Shown here one piece after another: positions 41,032 to 50,822 of a DNA stretch of 64,000 bases; position 1 is the stretch's first letter; every line of letters starts with the position of its first letter. This stretch comes from a bacterium (GTDB taxonomy: Bacteria > RBG-13-61-14 > DATKZS01). Location: contig CAXXFL010000006.1 of NCBI GenBank assembly GCA_963674965.2, forward strand, positions 608,001 through 672,000. Reading direction: 5' to 3'. Below the pieces are notes generated by a model, which had not been told where the DNA came from, did not search any database, and saw only the letters and a list, made by a program, of their open reading frames with translations. The translations under genes and the position numbers were made by a program.

Positions 41032-42264
41032 ATGGAAGATTCAAAGGAAATATCCGGCGTCAGGGTTTACCCTTACCGCTGGGCGGTGCTTGGCGCGTTC
41101 ATGTTCATCAACCTGACCATCCAGATACTATGGATATGCTTCGCGCCCATCTCCGTGCTCGCGGCCGAGCACTACGGCGTGTCCGACATGGACATAGGAA
41201 TACTGGCCATGACGTTCATGGTGGTCTATATCGTCGCCTTTATTCCCGCCTCATGGATCATCGACAGGTATGGCTTTCAAAAAGGCGTGGGCCTGGGAGC
41301 GGCGCTGCTCGGGATATTCGGACTGCTGCGGGGTTTTCTCGCCCACGACTACAACCTTGTCCTTGCCTCTACCGCGGGCGTGGCCCTGGCCCAGCCCCTG
41401 CTGCTCAACTCTTACACCACCTTGGCCGCCAAATGGTTCCCCATCCAGGAAAGAGCCACCGCCACCGGCCTGGCCATGGCCGCCAACTTTATCGGGACCG
41501 CCATCGGGCTGATGCTGACGCCCTACCTGGCCACGAAATACGGCATCGAAAAGACCCAGATGATTTACGGCGTCGTCACCGCGGCGTCCTGTGCGCTTTT
41601 CATCGTCCTGGCTCGCGAGAAACCGCCGACCCCGGCCAGCCCGCCCGGCTACGTCGAGAGGGCCCTCATGCTGGACGGACTAAAAATCATGATCAAGACG
41701 CTCGACTTCTGGATATGCATGTTCGTCTTCTTCGTGGGCTTCGGCGTTTTCAACGGATTGGCCACCTGGATCGAGAACATCGTCCGGCCCAAGGGCATGG
41801 ACGTCGGCCAGGCGGGGATGATCGGCGGCCTTCTTCTGATAGGCGGAATACTGGGGGCGTTCGTGATTCCAACCCTTTCGGACAAGCTCGGAAGGCGAAA
41901 GCCCTTCATGCTGGGAGGAATGATTTTGGCCACGCCCGGCCTCGTCGGCTTTACGATTTTCGACTCCTACTCCATGCTCCTGGTTTCGGCGGCGGCGCTG
42001 GGTTTTTTCATGATGGGACTCGGCCCCATCGGATATCAGTACGCGGCCGAGATAACCTATCCCGCTCCAGAGGGCACGTCCAACGGACTCCTGGTGCTGT
42101 CCGGCCAGGTCTCAGTGGTGTTCATCTTCGGCATGGAGGCCATGAACGGAGCCTTCGGCTCATTCACTCCGTCCCTTCTCCTGGGCGTGGCCATGATGGC
42201 GGTCAATTGCCTTCTTATCGCCCTGCTGAAGGAGTCCAAGCTGATCGGGGAATTGCGCGACTGA
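41032..42264 (+). CDS. MFS transporter
   Basis: About 12 TM; WIIDRYG, LSDKLGRRKP, KWFP..ERATATG. Confidence 0.9.
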   Translation: MEDSKEISGVRVYPYRWAVLGAFMFINLTIQILWICFAPISVLAAEHYGVSDMDIGILAMTFMVVYIVAFIPASWIIDRYGFQKGVGLGAALLGIFGLLRGFLAHDYNLVLASTAGVALAQPLLLNSYTTLAAKWFPIQERATATGLAMAANFIGTAIGLMLTPYLATKYGIEKTQMIYGVVTAASCALFIVLAREKPPTPASPPGYVERALMLDGLKIMIKTLDFWICMFVFFVGFGVFNGLATWIENIVRPKGMDVGQAGMIGGLLLIGGILGAFVIPTLSDKLGRRKPFMLGGMILATPGLVGFTIFDSYSMLLVSAAALGFFMMGLGPIGYQYAAEITYPAPEGTSNGLLVLSGQVSVVFIFGMEAMNGAFGSFTPSLLLGVAMMAVNCLLIALLKESKLIGELRD

Positions 42265-42377
42265 TAAAACGGGCCAGGGTAACGGACGCGCCGTTCGAGT
42301 TATCTGGAAGCCGCGGCCGACGGTCCCGTACGTCGCGGCATGAGTCGCCGCCGTCTCATTGCCATTTCATGAAAAAC

Positions 42378-42400
42378 CGGTTACAGTTCGTTTGTAACCG
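42378..42400. promoter_or_regulatory. Operator-like palindrome upstream of the carboxylesterase
   Basis: CGGTTACA-N7-TGTAACCG. Confidence 0.4.
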
Positions 42401-42491
42401 ACTTTATCGGCCGTCACCAATCACCATCCTTGTACTTTTCCATTTTCATTGCCGGCGGCCCGAACCGGTCGATCGCCATTTGGGAGGAACC

Positions 42492-44123
42492 ATGAAAAAA
42501 AGTCCGATGTATTCAATTATTTTCGTTATTATTTGCTCGCTATTTTCTATGCCCTCGATTGCCGGCCTCTGCGAGGACGAGGTGCAGACCAGTGAGGGCC
42601 GGGTCGTGGGCCTCGCCTCCGACGCGGCGGCGGCGTGCGCATGGAAAGGAATAAATTACGCGGCCGCGCCGGTTGGAGAGTTGCGGTTCCGTCCGGCCCA
42701 GGCCCCGGAGCCTCGCGATGAGACGTACCAGGCCTACGATTACGGCATGGCCTGCCCCCAGGTGGAGGGCATAACCTCGGGCGGCCACGCCAAGGGGTTT
42801 TCCGAGGACTGCCTGAACCTCAATATCTGGCGTCCCGAGAAGTCGGGCCAGTTCCCGGTCATGTTCTGGATTCACGGCGGCGGCTTCATGCAGGGCACGG
42901 GAAGCTACCAGATGTACGACGGCTCGCGCCTGGCCGCCGAGCGTGACGTGGTGGTGGTGACCATCAACTACCGGCTCGGCCATCTGGGCTGGCTGGCCCT
43001 GCCCGAACTCAAGGCCGAGGACCCGAATGGAGGCGTGGGCAACTACGGACTGACCGACCAGACGCGCGCGCTCGAGTGGGTTAGGCAAAACATCGGGGGC
43101 TTCGGCGGCGACCCGGACAACGTGACGGTCTTCGGCCAGTCGGCCGGGGGCATCAGCATATGCGCGCTGTTAGTAAGTCCACCCGCGAAGGGGCTCTTTG
43201 ACAAGGCCATCGTCATGTCGGGTCCCTGCGACATGATGCTTTCCGAGGAGGAGGCCTACAAGCGCGGGCAAAAGGCCGCGGCCGAGATGGGCTGCGAGGG
43301 TGAGGACCTTATCGAGTGCCTGCGCTCGAGGCCCTTCGAGGAATTCCTCTCGTCCGAGGCGCCCAACCTGCTCATGGAGGGCGGGCCCATCTATTCTCCC
43401 AATTTGGACGGCTACTATATTCCCGACTGGCCGCTAAAGCTGATGGCCGAGGGGAAGTACAGTAAAGTACCGGTAATGGAGGGCTCGACCAAGGAAGAGC
43501 TGAAGATATATACCATTACCAAGTTCGGGCTGGGCACGCTCAGCGAGAAACGGGTGACCAAAATGACCCGCGACCTGGCCGGTCCCTACTCGGACAAGAT
43601 ACTCTCGCTCTACGATTATGACGATTACCGCCGGCCCTTCGACTTGTTCATCGGCTTCGCCACCGACGCGGTGTTCACCTCCCGGGCCTACATGATGGCC
43701 GAGGCGATGGGCGGCCAGAGTGACCTTTACCTTTACCGGTTCGACTGGAACGAGACCCGCATGCCCCACAAGCTGGGGGCCTTCCACGCCCTCGACGTTC
43801 CGCTGGTCTTCAAGGCCCTGGACATGGACATGCCCCTGGCCAAGGTCATCGCCGGAAGAGGGGCCGTGCGGCGCGGGACCCCCCTCTCGGAGCAGATGAT
43901 GAGCTACTACGCCAACTTCGCCCGAACGGGAAACCCCAACGGCGAGGACCTGCCCGAATGGCCGGCCTACGATCGCGCGGCAAAACCCAGGCTCCACCTC
44001 GATACTCCCATCCACCTCGAGAAGATCGGCCCGGAAGAACTGGAGCGTTACGACTACTTCGCCGAGAACGCGCTATACGACATCACCAAGGGGATGCGGG
44101 AGGCCAACAAAAAGCCGTTCTGA
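42492..44123 (+). CDS. Exported type-B carboxylesterase/lipase
   Basis: GGGAGG RBS, signal peptide, SEDCLNLNIW, WIHGGGF, VTINYRLG, FGQSAGG, GAFHALD. Confidence 0.92.
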   Translation: MKKSPMYSIIFVIICSLFSMPSIAGLCEDEVQTSEGRVVGLASDAAAACAWKGINYAAAPVGELRFRPAQAPEPRDETYQAYDYGMACPQVEGITSGGHAKGFSEDCLNLNIWRPEKSGQFPVMFWIHGGGFMQGTGSYQMYDGSRLAAERDVVVVTINYRLGHLGWLALPELKAEDPNGGVGNYGLTDQTRALEWVRQNIGGFGGDPDNVTVFGQSAGGISICALLVSPPAKGLFDKAIVMSGPCDMMLSEEEAYKRGQKAAAEMGCEGEDLIECLRSRPFEEFLSSEAPNLLMEGGPIYSPNLDGYYIPDWPLKLMAEGKYSKVPVMEGSTKEELKIYTITKFGLGTLSEKRVTKMTRDLAGPYSDKILSLYDYDDYRRPFDLFIGFATDAVFTSRAYMMAEAMGGQSDLYLYRFDWNETRMPHKLGAFHALDVPLVFKALDMDMPLAKVIAGRGAVRRGTPLSEQMMSYYANFARTGNPNGEDLPEWPAYDRAAKPRLHLDTPIHLEKIGPEELERYDYFAENALYDITKGMREANKKPF

Positions 44124-44331
44124 GGGCCGGCGTTGCGGGCTTGTCCCGGCAGTGGGACATGTAAAGCGCTTGCGTGGACCGCGGAGTTTCCGAGGCCGCG
44201 GGAAGCGTCCGCCAGAGCAATGTTTCCCGTTCCCCGGATGGGAATTATCGCGCCGCGCTTCCAGCGCTCGATCCGATTTCTTCTCTCATACTCTGAATTT
44301 AGGCCGCGGCCAGCGGGCGCAGGATTCCCCA

Positions 44332-44416
44332 GCCCCAAAGGGGCGTCCGTCTAAAGCCCAGGGTGACAACCCTGGGGTAATAAGTATATAATATATCGCT
44401 ATAGCCCCACAGGGGC
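44332..44416. repeat. Left REP-like hairpin cluster
   Basis: GCCCC-AAA-GGGGC, CCCAGGG-TGACAA-CCCTGGG, GCCCC-ACA-GGGGC. Confidence 0.75.
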
Positions 44417-44433
44417 GGCGCAAAGGAAACAAT

Positions 44434-44876
44434 ATGGCCCAGTCCCTTACGCATAACGTCATTCATCTCGTCTTCAGCACCAAAGAAAGATACCCTTTTA
44501 TATCTAAAGACGTAAGAGAGGGCCTTAACGCCTATATCGTGGGCGTTATAAAAAGAACGAATGCCATTCAATTATTACGGGGTCCGTGGAAGACCATGTC
44601 CACGTCCTTTTCATCCTTTCCAAGAACCGGGCCTTGAAGGACGTGGTCAGAGAGATAAAAGCAGGCTCTTCAAGATGGATAAGAGAGAAAATCTAGAAGT
44701 TCAATTGGCAGGGAGGTTATAGCGCTTTCTCAGTTAGCCAGTCCAACGTGGAGGCGGTGAAAAATTACATACGGAACCAGGAGCAGCATCATAAAACCAT
44801 TTCCTTCAAGGAGGAATTAAAAAAACTTCTCGCCAAACACCGCGTCGAGTTCGATGAGAATTATCTGTGGGATTGA
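44434..44876 (+). pseudogene. tnpA: IS200/IS605-like Y1 HUH transposase (REP-associated), inactivated
   Basis: IHLVFSTKER, frameshift at ~44575 into EDHVHVL, in-frame TAG 44694-44696, then WQGGYSAFSVS, YIRNQEQHH, FDENYLWD. Confidence 0.88.
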
Positions 44877-44882
44877 AGCGCC

Positions 44883-44967
44883 GCCCTTACAGGGCCGGTG
44901 GGATTATTATTGATTATCCATCCCAGGGCTTCGCCCTGGGCTATAGACCTTGCGCCCTTGCAGGGCG
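44883..44967. repeat. Right REP-like hairpin cluster (mirror of the left)
   Basis: GCCCT-TAC-AGGGC, CCCAGGGC-TTC-GCCCTGGG, CGCCCT-TGC-AGGGCG. Confidence 0.75.
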
Positions 44968-45003
44968 TAAAGAATATCTTGCCATCTTCCCGAGGGGCCG
45001 TCC

Positions 45004-45810
45004 TTATTTTTTCTTCTTCCTGGCTTTTCTGGATTTCTTCTGTTGTTTGCGCTTGTTCTTTCTGGCCTTCTCGGCGTTTTGCCGTGGTCTTTTCGCGTGG
45101 CCGGACGGATTGAAGAACATGCCCATGTCGCCGCCGCTTTTCTTTTTAGGAGGAACGTCGGAAAGACCCATATTGAAAAGTACCGCGTCCAACTCTCCGC
45201 AGACGCCGGGAAAAACGTGGCCCGCCTCGTAGGCTTCCTTGATAAGTTGCTCCGCCTCGACGGCCTCGAGGTCCATCAAATACCAAACGAGGTGGCCGTT
45301 AAACTCGGGGTCGTTTTGCTCGTGCATGGAAAGGCGCCTTATGAAAATATCCTTTATTTTCGGGACGGTCTCGGGGTAGCGTTGGGTAAACCGCATTAAA
45401 ATCTCACCGGCCGAAAGCCTTGTAGAGAAGTTCGGGGCGTCGGTCATGAAGAATTCCATCGTGGGCTGAAGAGCGCCTTTTCCTATCAAGGTGAAGACCC
45501 GGGGAAAATCATCGCTCGCGTACTCGTCCATAATCTCGTCGAGGGGCGCTAAAAGCTCGAGAAGCGGCGCGATCGCCTCCTCGGCTTTCAGGACCGCGAG
45601 AGTTCTCCAGGCGTGGACGGGAGCCCAGACGGCGTCATCCTCGGGGTCTCCCTGGTGAAGCTCCATGTCCTGGGCCATGCGGATAAGCTCGGGAACGTGC
45701 TCCGAGGTGAAGCCGAAATCCAGGTATTCATACCAGTCGTCCATGTCCCCGGCGTCTCCAAAGGTCAACAACCTCGCGACGGGTTCTATATAATTGGAAC
45801 TTGACACCAT
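45004..45810 (-). CDS. DUF1186-like helical-repeat protein with basic tail
   Basis: WAPVHAWRTLAVLKAEEAIAPLL, FNGHLVWYLMDL; Lys/Arg-rich C-terminus. Confidence 0.65.
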   Translation of the reverse strand: MVSSSNYIEPVARLLTFGDAGDMDDWYEYLDFGFTSEHVPELIRMAQDMELHQGDPEDDAVWAPVHAWRTLAVLKAEEAIAPLLELLAPLDEIMDEYASDDFPRVFTLIGKGALQPTMEFFMTDAPNFSTRLSAGEILMRFTQRYPETVPKIKDIFIRRLSMHEQNDPEFNGHLVWYLMDLEAVEAEQLIKEAYEAGHVFPGVCGELDAVLFNMGLSDVPPKKKSGGDMGMFFNPSGHAKRPRQNAEKARKNKRKQQKKSRKARKKKK

Positions 45811-46017
45811 GCCTCCTTTGTTATCCGACGCGCGTCGAATAATTCCAGACCCAGAATTTTATCCGGTTTTCGGCAAAAATGAAACCGAGTCATGGCCCGC
45901 GACCTTTCCTCGAGGACGGGGACAACCAACCTCGTCTCGCGGTCCGAAATTATCCTCTCGTCCCGAATTGACGTTTGTTTATAGTTGCATTACTATCCGC
46001 TGGAAAGGAGGCGCGTT

Positions 46018-46602
46018 ATGAAAGGAAAAGAGAAAAAGTTCGAGAAGACACTCCCCGTGGAGGAGGCCTGTTCATTGGTGGCGACCCTGGCCTCTGGCCT
46101 CAGGGGCGAGGCGGCCGGGCAATTGGAGGGACTCGAGATCGACCTTAAGGACTTCACCAGCCTTAAGATGAGCCTGGAGAGAAAAAACGACCTTATCGCC
46201 ATCAAGCTTAAAGTGAAAACCGCCCAGGCGAAGGAGAAAAGCCATCGAGCCAAAAACGCTTCCCCGAAAGAGGAAAAATCGAAGGAGATCGGGGACAACT
46301 CCGACGGCAACGGCCTTCCCGATTACAAGAAGCTCAAGAAGCGCATGAAGAAGTCCTTCAAGGCCCTATCCTCAAGCGCCAGGGAAGGCTCCCTCCCGGA
46401 CGAGAAGGTGCTCGGCGCCTTTATCGAGGACTCGGGCATCATGGTCCAGTACCCCGACAAGGGCGAGGAATTCTACGAGGAGTACAAATCCTCCGTCACC
46501 GAGTTGGACCAGGCCTTCAAACAAAGCGACCTAATAAAATTCCAGGCGGCCGTGGACGCCCTCAACAAGATACAAAAGAAAAGCCACGAGAAGTACAAGT
46601 GA
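46018..46602 (+). CDS. GAK-system XXXCH domain-like protein
   Basis: AAGGAGG RBS; DYKKLKKRMKKSFK, LP..FIEDS..MVQYPDKGEEFY, C-terminal KKSHEKYK. Confidence 0.7.
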   Translation: MKGKEKKFEKTLPVEEACSLVATLASGLRGEAAGQLEGLEIDLKDFTSLKMSLERKNDLIAIKLKVKTAQAKEKSHRAKNASPKEEKSKEIGDNSDGNGLPDYKKLKKRMKKSFKALSSSAREGSLPDEKVLGAFIEDSGIMVQYPDKGEEFYEEYKSSVTELDQAFKQSDLIKFQAAVDALNKIQKKSHEKYK

Positions 46603-46618
46603 TTCAGATATCGATCAA

Positions 46619-48391
46619 TTAATATAATGCTCCCCCATGTCGGCGGATAAGGTCGGCGGTCTGGTCTTTTTCAAGGTCCGGGACCATCTTGAGTGGAGTA
46701 TTAAGTTCATTATCTCCGGCGTTGACTTTTGCTCCACTGGATATAAGAAAAGCGGCAAGGTCCGTATCATCGATTAACGCCGCGTAATGCAGGGGAGTCT
46801 CTCCGCGTTTGTCCTTGGCGTTTACGTCGGCCCCTTTGGCGATTAATGCCTTGGCCGCTTCCACGTCCCCTTGCAAAGAGGCAACATGCAGAGGAGTCAA
46901 CCCACCATCATCGGCCGCGTTTACCCTGGCTCCTCTCTTGATGAGCATGGCCATTATTTCATGGCCGTTGGAGCCGCGCGCTTTGTGTAATGGCGTCTGG
47001 CCTCTATTGTTTTGCGCGTTCACGTCCGAGCCCCGTGATATGAGGAAATCAACCAATTCCGCGTTCCCAAAGTAAGCGGCCATATGGAGTAAAGTGTTTC
47101 CCGAGAGGTCTCGCGTCTTGATTCTTTTTGGAGAGCGCTCAATAAACTTCTTGACTTTGTTTGCCCTCCCCTTCGCAATTTCCGAAAAAACGCCGCCGCC
47201 GGCTCCAGCCGATTCAATAAGTTCAATTATATCATCGGCATAAGCGTCCGCCGCGATATCCATGGCGTCACTTCCATTATCGTTCTTGGCTTTAATATCC
47301 GCCCCATGTTCAATGAGGATTCTAACCACTTCTTTTCGACCCTCAAAATTGGTCAGATGGAAAGTGAATGACCGATGAATATAGATAAGGGGCGTGTCTC
47401 CATCATTATTTCTCGCGTTGATATCAGCCCCCGCTCTCAGAATGAGTTCCACCGCCGTCGGATGGCCCTCATTGGATGCCAGGTGTAATGGCCTGTTCCC
47501 ATCATTATCTTGAGCTTCGATTTCAGCGCCATTTCCTATTAATATTCTGACCACCTCGATATGCCCAAACATGGCGGCAATATGAAGTGGAGTCTCCCCT
47601 AATTCATTCTTTACGTCCAAATCGATATTATTGTTAATTAGAATTTTCGCGACGCGCGGCGCGTTACCCCATGCACACGCGTGCAGCGCGGTATTGCCCT
47701 TATTATCCTTGCGGTTAACGTCAGCTCCATGAGACAATAAATATCTCAATGATTCTAAATATCCATTATACGCCGCAATACCGAGAGCCGACGCCGCGTT
47801 TTCGCCATGAGGATTAACGCGGGCTCCATTGTCAATAAGGAACTTCATTATTGCCACGTGATTGTTTAGTACCGCCAGCGTCAAAGCTGTATGACCTCCT
47901 TTATCCGTCGCGTCGAGAAAAGCATCATTGTTTAGCAAGACTTTTACCGTGTCCAAATGCCCCATTTCGGACGCCAATTGCAGTGCCGTTTGACCAGTAT
48001 CGTTTTTCGCGTCAACCTCAGCCCCGTTTTCCAAAAGGAATCTGACTATGTCCGTCTGACCCGACCGCGCCGCTACTCCCAGCAAATTATTGCCGCTTTT
48101 ACAATCACCCTCATCCTTGAAGTTAATGAGTTCGGGGTGGTCTTTGGTAAGTTCTTTTGCAAGAGATGAATCTCCATCCTCGGCGGCTTGAATCATCATT
48201 TCCCCAAATCGTGAAAATTGTGATTTTGCGGCTTCTTGCAAGTAATCGGGCTTTGATTTATCCCTTCCCGTCAGCCGAGAAGCTCGATCACCTTTTTTTT
48301 CGGCGGCTTTTTCTTCAGGACCTTGAATTTTGCAGGATGAAGTCGCGATTAATGAAGAAGCCATTAGGAACATCGCGAAAAGGACTTTCAT
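46619..48391 (-). CDS. Ankyrin-repeat lipoprotein
   Basis: Lipobox-like ATSSC; more than 12 G.TPLH.A...G...V..L...GA.VN repeats; low GC. Confidence 0.88.
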   Translation of the reverse strand: MKVLFAMFLMASSLIATSSCKIQGPEEKAAEKKGDRASRLTGRDKSKPDYLQEAAKSQFSRFGEMMIQAAEDGDSSLAKELTKDHPELINFKDEGDCKSGNNLLGVAARSGQTDIVRFLLENGAEVDAKNDTGQTALQLASEMGHLDTVKVLLNNDAFLDATDKGGHTALTLAVLNNHVAIMKFLIDNGARVNPHGENAASALGIAAYNGYLESLRYLLSHGADVNRKDNKGNTALHACAWGNAPRVAKILINNNIDLDVKNELGETPLHIAAMFGHIEVVRILIGNGAEIEAQDNDGNRPLHLASNEGHPTAVELILRAGADINARNNDGDTPLIYIHRSFTFHLTNFEGRKEVVRILIEHGADIKAKNDNGSDAMDIAADAYADDIIELIESAGAGGGVFSEIAKGRANKVKKFIERSPKRIKTRDLSGNTLLHMAAYFGNAELVDFLISRGSDVNAQNNRGQTPLHKARGSNGHEIMAMLIKRGARVNAADDGGLTPLHVASLQGDVEAAKALIAKGADVNAKDKRGETPLHYAALIDDTDLAAFLISSGAKVNAGDNELNTPLKMVPDLEKDQTADLIRRHGGALY

Positions 48392-48583
48392 ATTTGCCCC
48401 AATAATTGCTCTTTGGTCCATCGTCAATGCTTTTCTCTCCATGAGATATAAAAAGTATCGACTAATACAAATGAAAAATGAATAAGCCATCCTACCCATC
48501 AACCGGAAATTCTAATTGTGAGTTCATATAGCCGTTAATTGTTCCAAGCTTACTGGATAACGAGAGGCAAACATATCGGCGAT

Positions 48584-50557
48584 TTATTCCTTCACCGCAA
48601 ACCCCATTCGCCTCAGGACGGTTGCGCCCTGGGGGACGAGGGTGACTTGGCGGGCTTTGCCGCGGGCGTTTACCATCTCCCCCTCCAGGGCGACGGGAGG
48701 GTCGCGCCAGGGCAAGGCGCGTTCCTCGGGCGCCACGCGGGTGAACTCGAACTCGGCCTGATGGGGGACGCGGTATTCCCAGCCGGCTTGGTCGGTACAG
48801 GTGATGACCTTGTCGTAAAAACCGGAATCGCCATGCTCCCGGCCGTTTTCGACCTCGATAGGAAAGCGGAGCCCGTAGAGGAGAGGGCCGCGCTGGAAGC
48901 AGACGCCTTTCCTCCTTCCCTTCCATGAAACGAGGATGGGGACCTTGAGGACCTCGAGTTCCATCTTCAACCGCACCCGCTCGCCGGGGGACCAGGGTCG
49001 TTCAAGCTCGATAAAGCCGTCCCTCTCGGCGGTCCGCGTTCCCGGCGGGGTATCCAGCTTGAGTTCCCGGGCGAAGGCCGGCTTCCTGAGGAAGAGGGAG
49101 AACCGGGCGGCCTTTTCCGGCTCGATCTCGAAGAGTATCTCATCGGAGAAGGGGTAGGAGGTTTCCTCCTTGATCCTTACCTGTATTCCGTTAATTATCG
49201 TCTCCAGGACGCACGGCCCGTACATGCAGGCGGCCACTCCCTCGTCCTTCCACTTCATCCACATGCCCTCGACGTAATAAGGCATGAGCCTGCCCGCGTT
49301 GAGGGTGCAGCAGGCGGCGGCCGAGTGGGAGGGGCTGTATATCTGCCTTCCCAAATGGCCGTGGGGATTGATCTGCTCGCGGTTGTCGGACGTGAGGTAC
49401 GAACACGAGTCGAGCAGGGGGAACCTCGCCCCCTGGCCCCCGTTGAAGGTCATCTTCTCGACCAGGTCGAAGGCCTCGAGGGAATGGCCGTACTGCGCCA
49501 CCCTGTTCATGCCGATGGCCAGCTCGGTAATGCAGCAGTACTCGTAAAAGGAGTCGGCCGCTCCCGGCCTCCCGTTCACGTTCTCCGAGCTGACGAGGCA
49601 TCCGCTGGGGGTGAGGTGGCGGCGGAGCTTTCTGATGGCGTTATTCGCCGCGACCAGGAATTCCTCCTTGCCCGTCTCGCCGCCCAGGAAAAAGGGGACC
49701 ATGAAGTGCTCGCAAACGTGCGGCCCGTGGAGCATGAACCTGGTCCGGGCCTTGCGCAGCTTGCGAAGGGACATATCGTCGTTAAAGCGGCAATGGTCGA
49801 AATCCCGGTAGAGGAACTCGGCGTAGTTAAGGAAGTCCTCGTCCCGCGTCTTTCGATGCATCCACTCGAGTACGTCGCAAAAAGCCAGCCCGTGACTGAG
49901 GCCCCCGCTGTGGGTGGTGGGCCCGGCCGACTTGAAATATCCGCGGCCGGACGGATACTTGGACATGGTGAGACGGACGGCCCTGTCCACCGCCTCGAGG
50001 ACGTCCTTGTCCCCCGTGTACTCGTGATAGGCGAGCATGGCCACGAACAGGCGGCTCTGGGTCCAGAGTTCCCCATTCTCCCGCTTGTGGTTATAGCGGT
50101 TGTCGGGCGGGTAAATCCCGATGTATCCGTCGGGCGACTGGTACTCGAGGACCCGCTCCATCCATCCCCGGACCGTGTCCATATATTCCTTTTGCCGCGT
50201 CAGGAAAGCGGCCCGGGTGACGGCGTCCTTCCAGTAGCCCTCGTGCTCGCCGCTCCACCATGGCTTTTTGCCGGCGACGAAGAACTGGTCGCTCGATCTT
50301 TCCTTGTTGGCCCCGAACAGGTCCCGGTCAACGGTGTCGTTGATCTCGTCGTAATGCCCGGTAATGCCGTGGATGAGGTCGTTCTCGAGCTGCTCCCGAA
50401 TCCACCCGCCCGGGATGACCGACCCGGCGGGAGGTATTCTCAGTTCTCCGTCAAGGGCGGGGTGCGATTTTTTGCCCAACGCCGACCCGGCCGGCAGTGA
50501 GGCTACGGCCGCCGCGGTCAAGGTCCGGCCGAAACGGCGCCTGTCCATTTTTTCCAT
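48584..50557 (-). CDS. Tat-exported GH127-like beta-L-arabinofuranosidase
   Basis: MDRRRF twin-Arg signal, QSPDGYIG, YEYCCITE, ACCTLN, ETSYPFS, QRGPLLY. Confidence 0.8.
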   Translation of the reverse strand: MEKMDRRRFGRTLTAAAVASLPAGSALGKKSHPALDGELRIPPAGSVIPGGWIREQLENDLIHGITGHYDEINDTVDRDLFGANKERSSDQFFVAGKKPWWSGEHEGYWKDAVTRAAFLTRQKEYMDTVRGWMERVLEYQSPDGYIGIYPPDNRYNHKRENGELWTQSRLFVAMLAYHEYTGDKDVLEAVDRAVRLTMSKYPSGRGYFKSAGPTTHSGGLSHGLAFCDVLEWMHRKTRDEDFLNYAEFLYRDFDHCRFNDDMSLRKLRKARTRFMLHGPHVCEHFMVPFFLGGETGKEEFLVAANNAIRKLRRHLTPSGCLVSSENVNGRPGAADSFYEYCCITELAIGMNRVAQYGHSLEAFDLVEKMTFNGGQGARFPLLDSCSYLTSDNREQINPHGHLGRQIYSPSHSAAACCTLNAGRLMPYYVEGMWMKWKDEGVAACMYGPCVLETIINGIQVRIKEETSYPFSDEILFEIEPEKAARFSLFLRKPAFARELKLDTPPGTRTAERDGFIELERPWSPGERVRLKMELEVLKVPILVSWKGRRKGVCFQRGPLLYGLRFPIEVENGREHGDSGFYDKVITCTDQAGWEYRVPHQAEFEFTRVAPEERALPWRDPPVALEGEMVNARGKARQVTLVPQGATVLRRMGFAVKE

Positions 50558-50822
50558 CCAACACCTCCGGCTACAGTTTACCGGATATTGTAGCACGCGA
50601 GGAGTGCTTTTTCGGGGCGGACCCGCGACAACCGCCTTTCACCGCGAAAACGCCGCCGGCCGCGACGACAAGTTCCGCTACTTCCGGATCAACCCGCCCA
50701 GGTAGTACTATTCCTTGCCCCTGGATTCTCCGTTTTCCCAAAAACCCAGTATGAGTGCTCCCGCGAGGTCATCTTCGAAGCTTTGGTTTTCAAGCCTTCC
50801 AAGCTAAGATAATTTCGAGACG

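Noticed and set aside
42378-42400. Palindrome as a Geobacter-type LexA box
   Set aside because: The GGTT..ACC spacing (21 bp) does not fit that consensus as recalled; kept only as a generic operator.
41130-44123. 997-aa ORF in the track
   Set aside because: The first 454 codons are an off-frame overlap of the MFS gene; the real esterase starts at ATG 42492 with an RBS and signal peptide.
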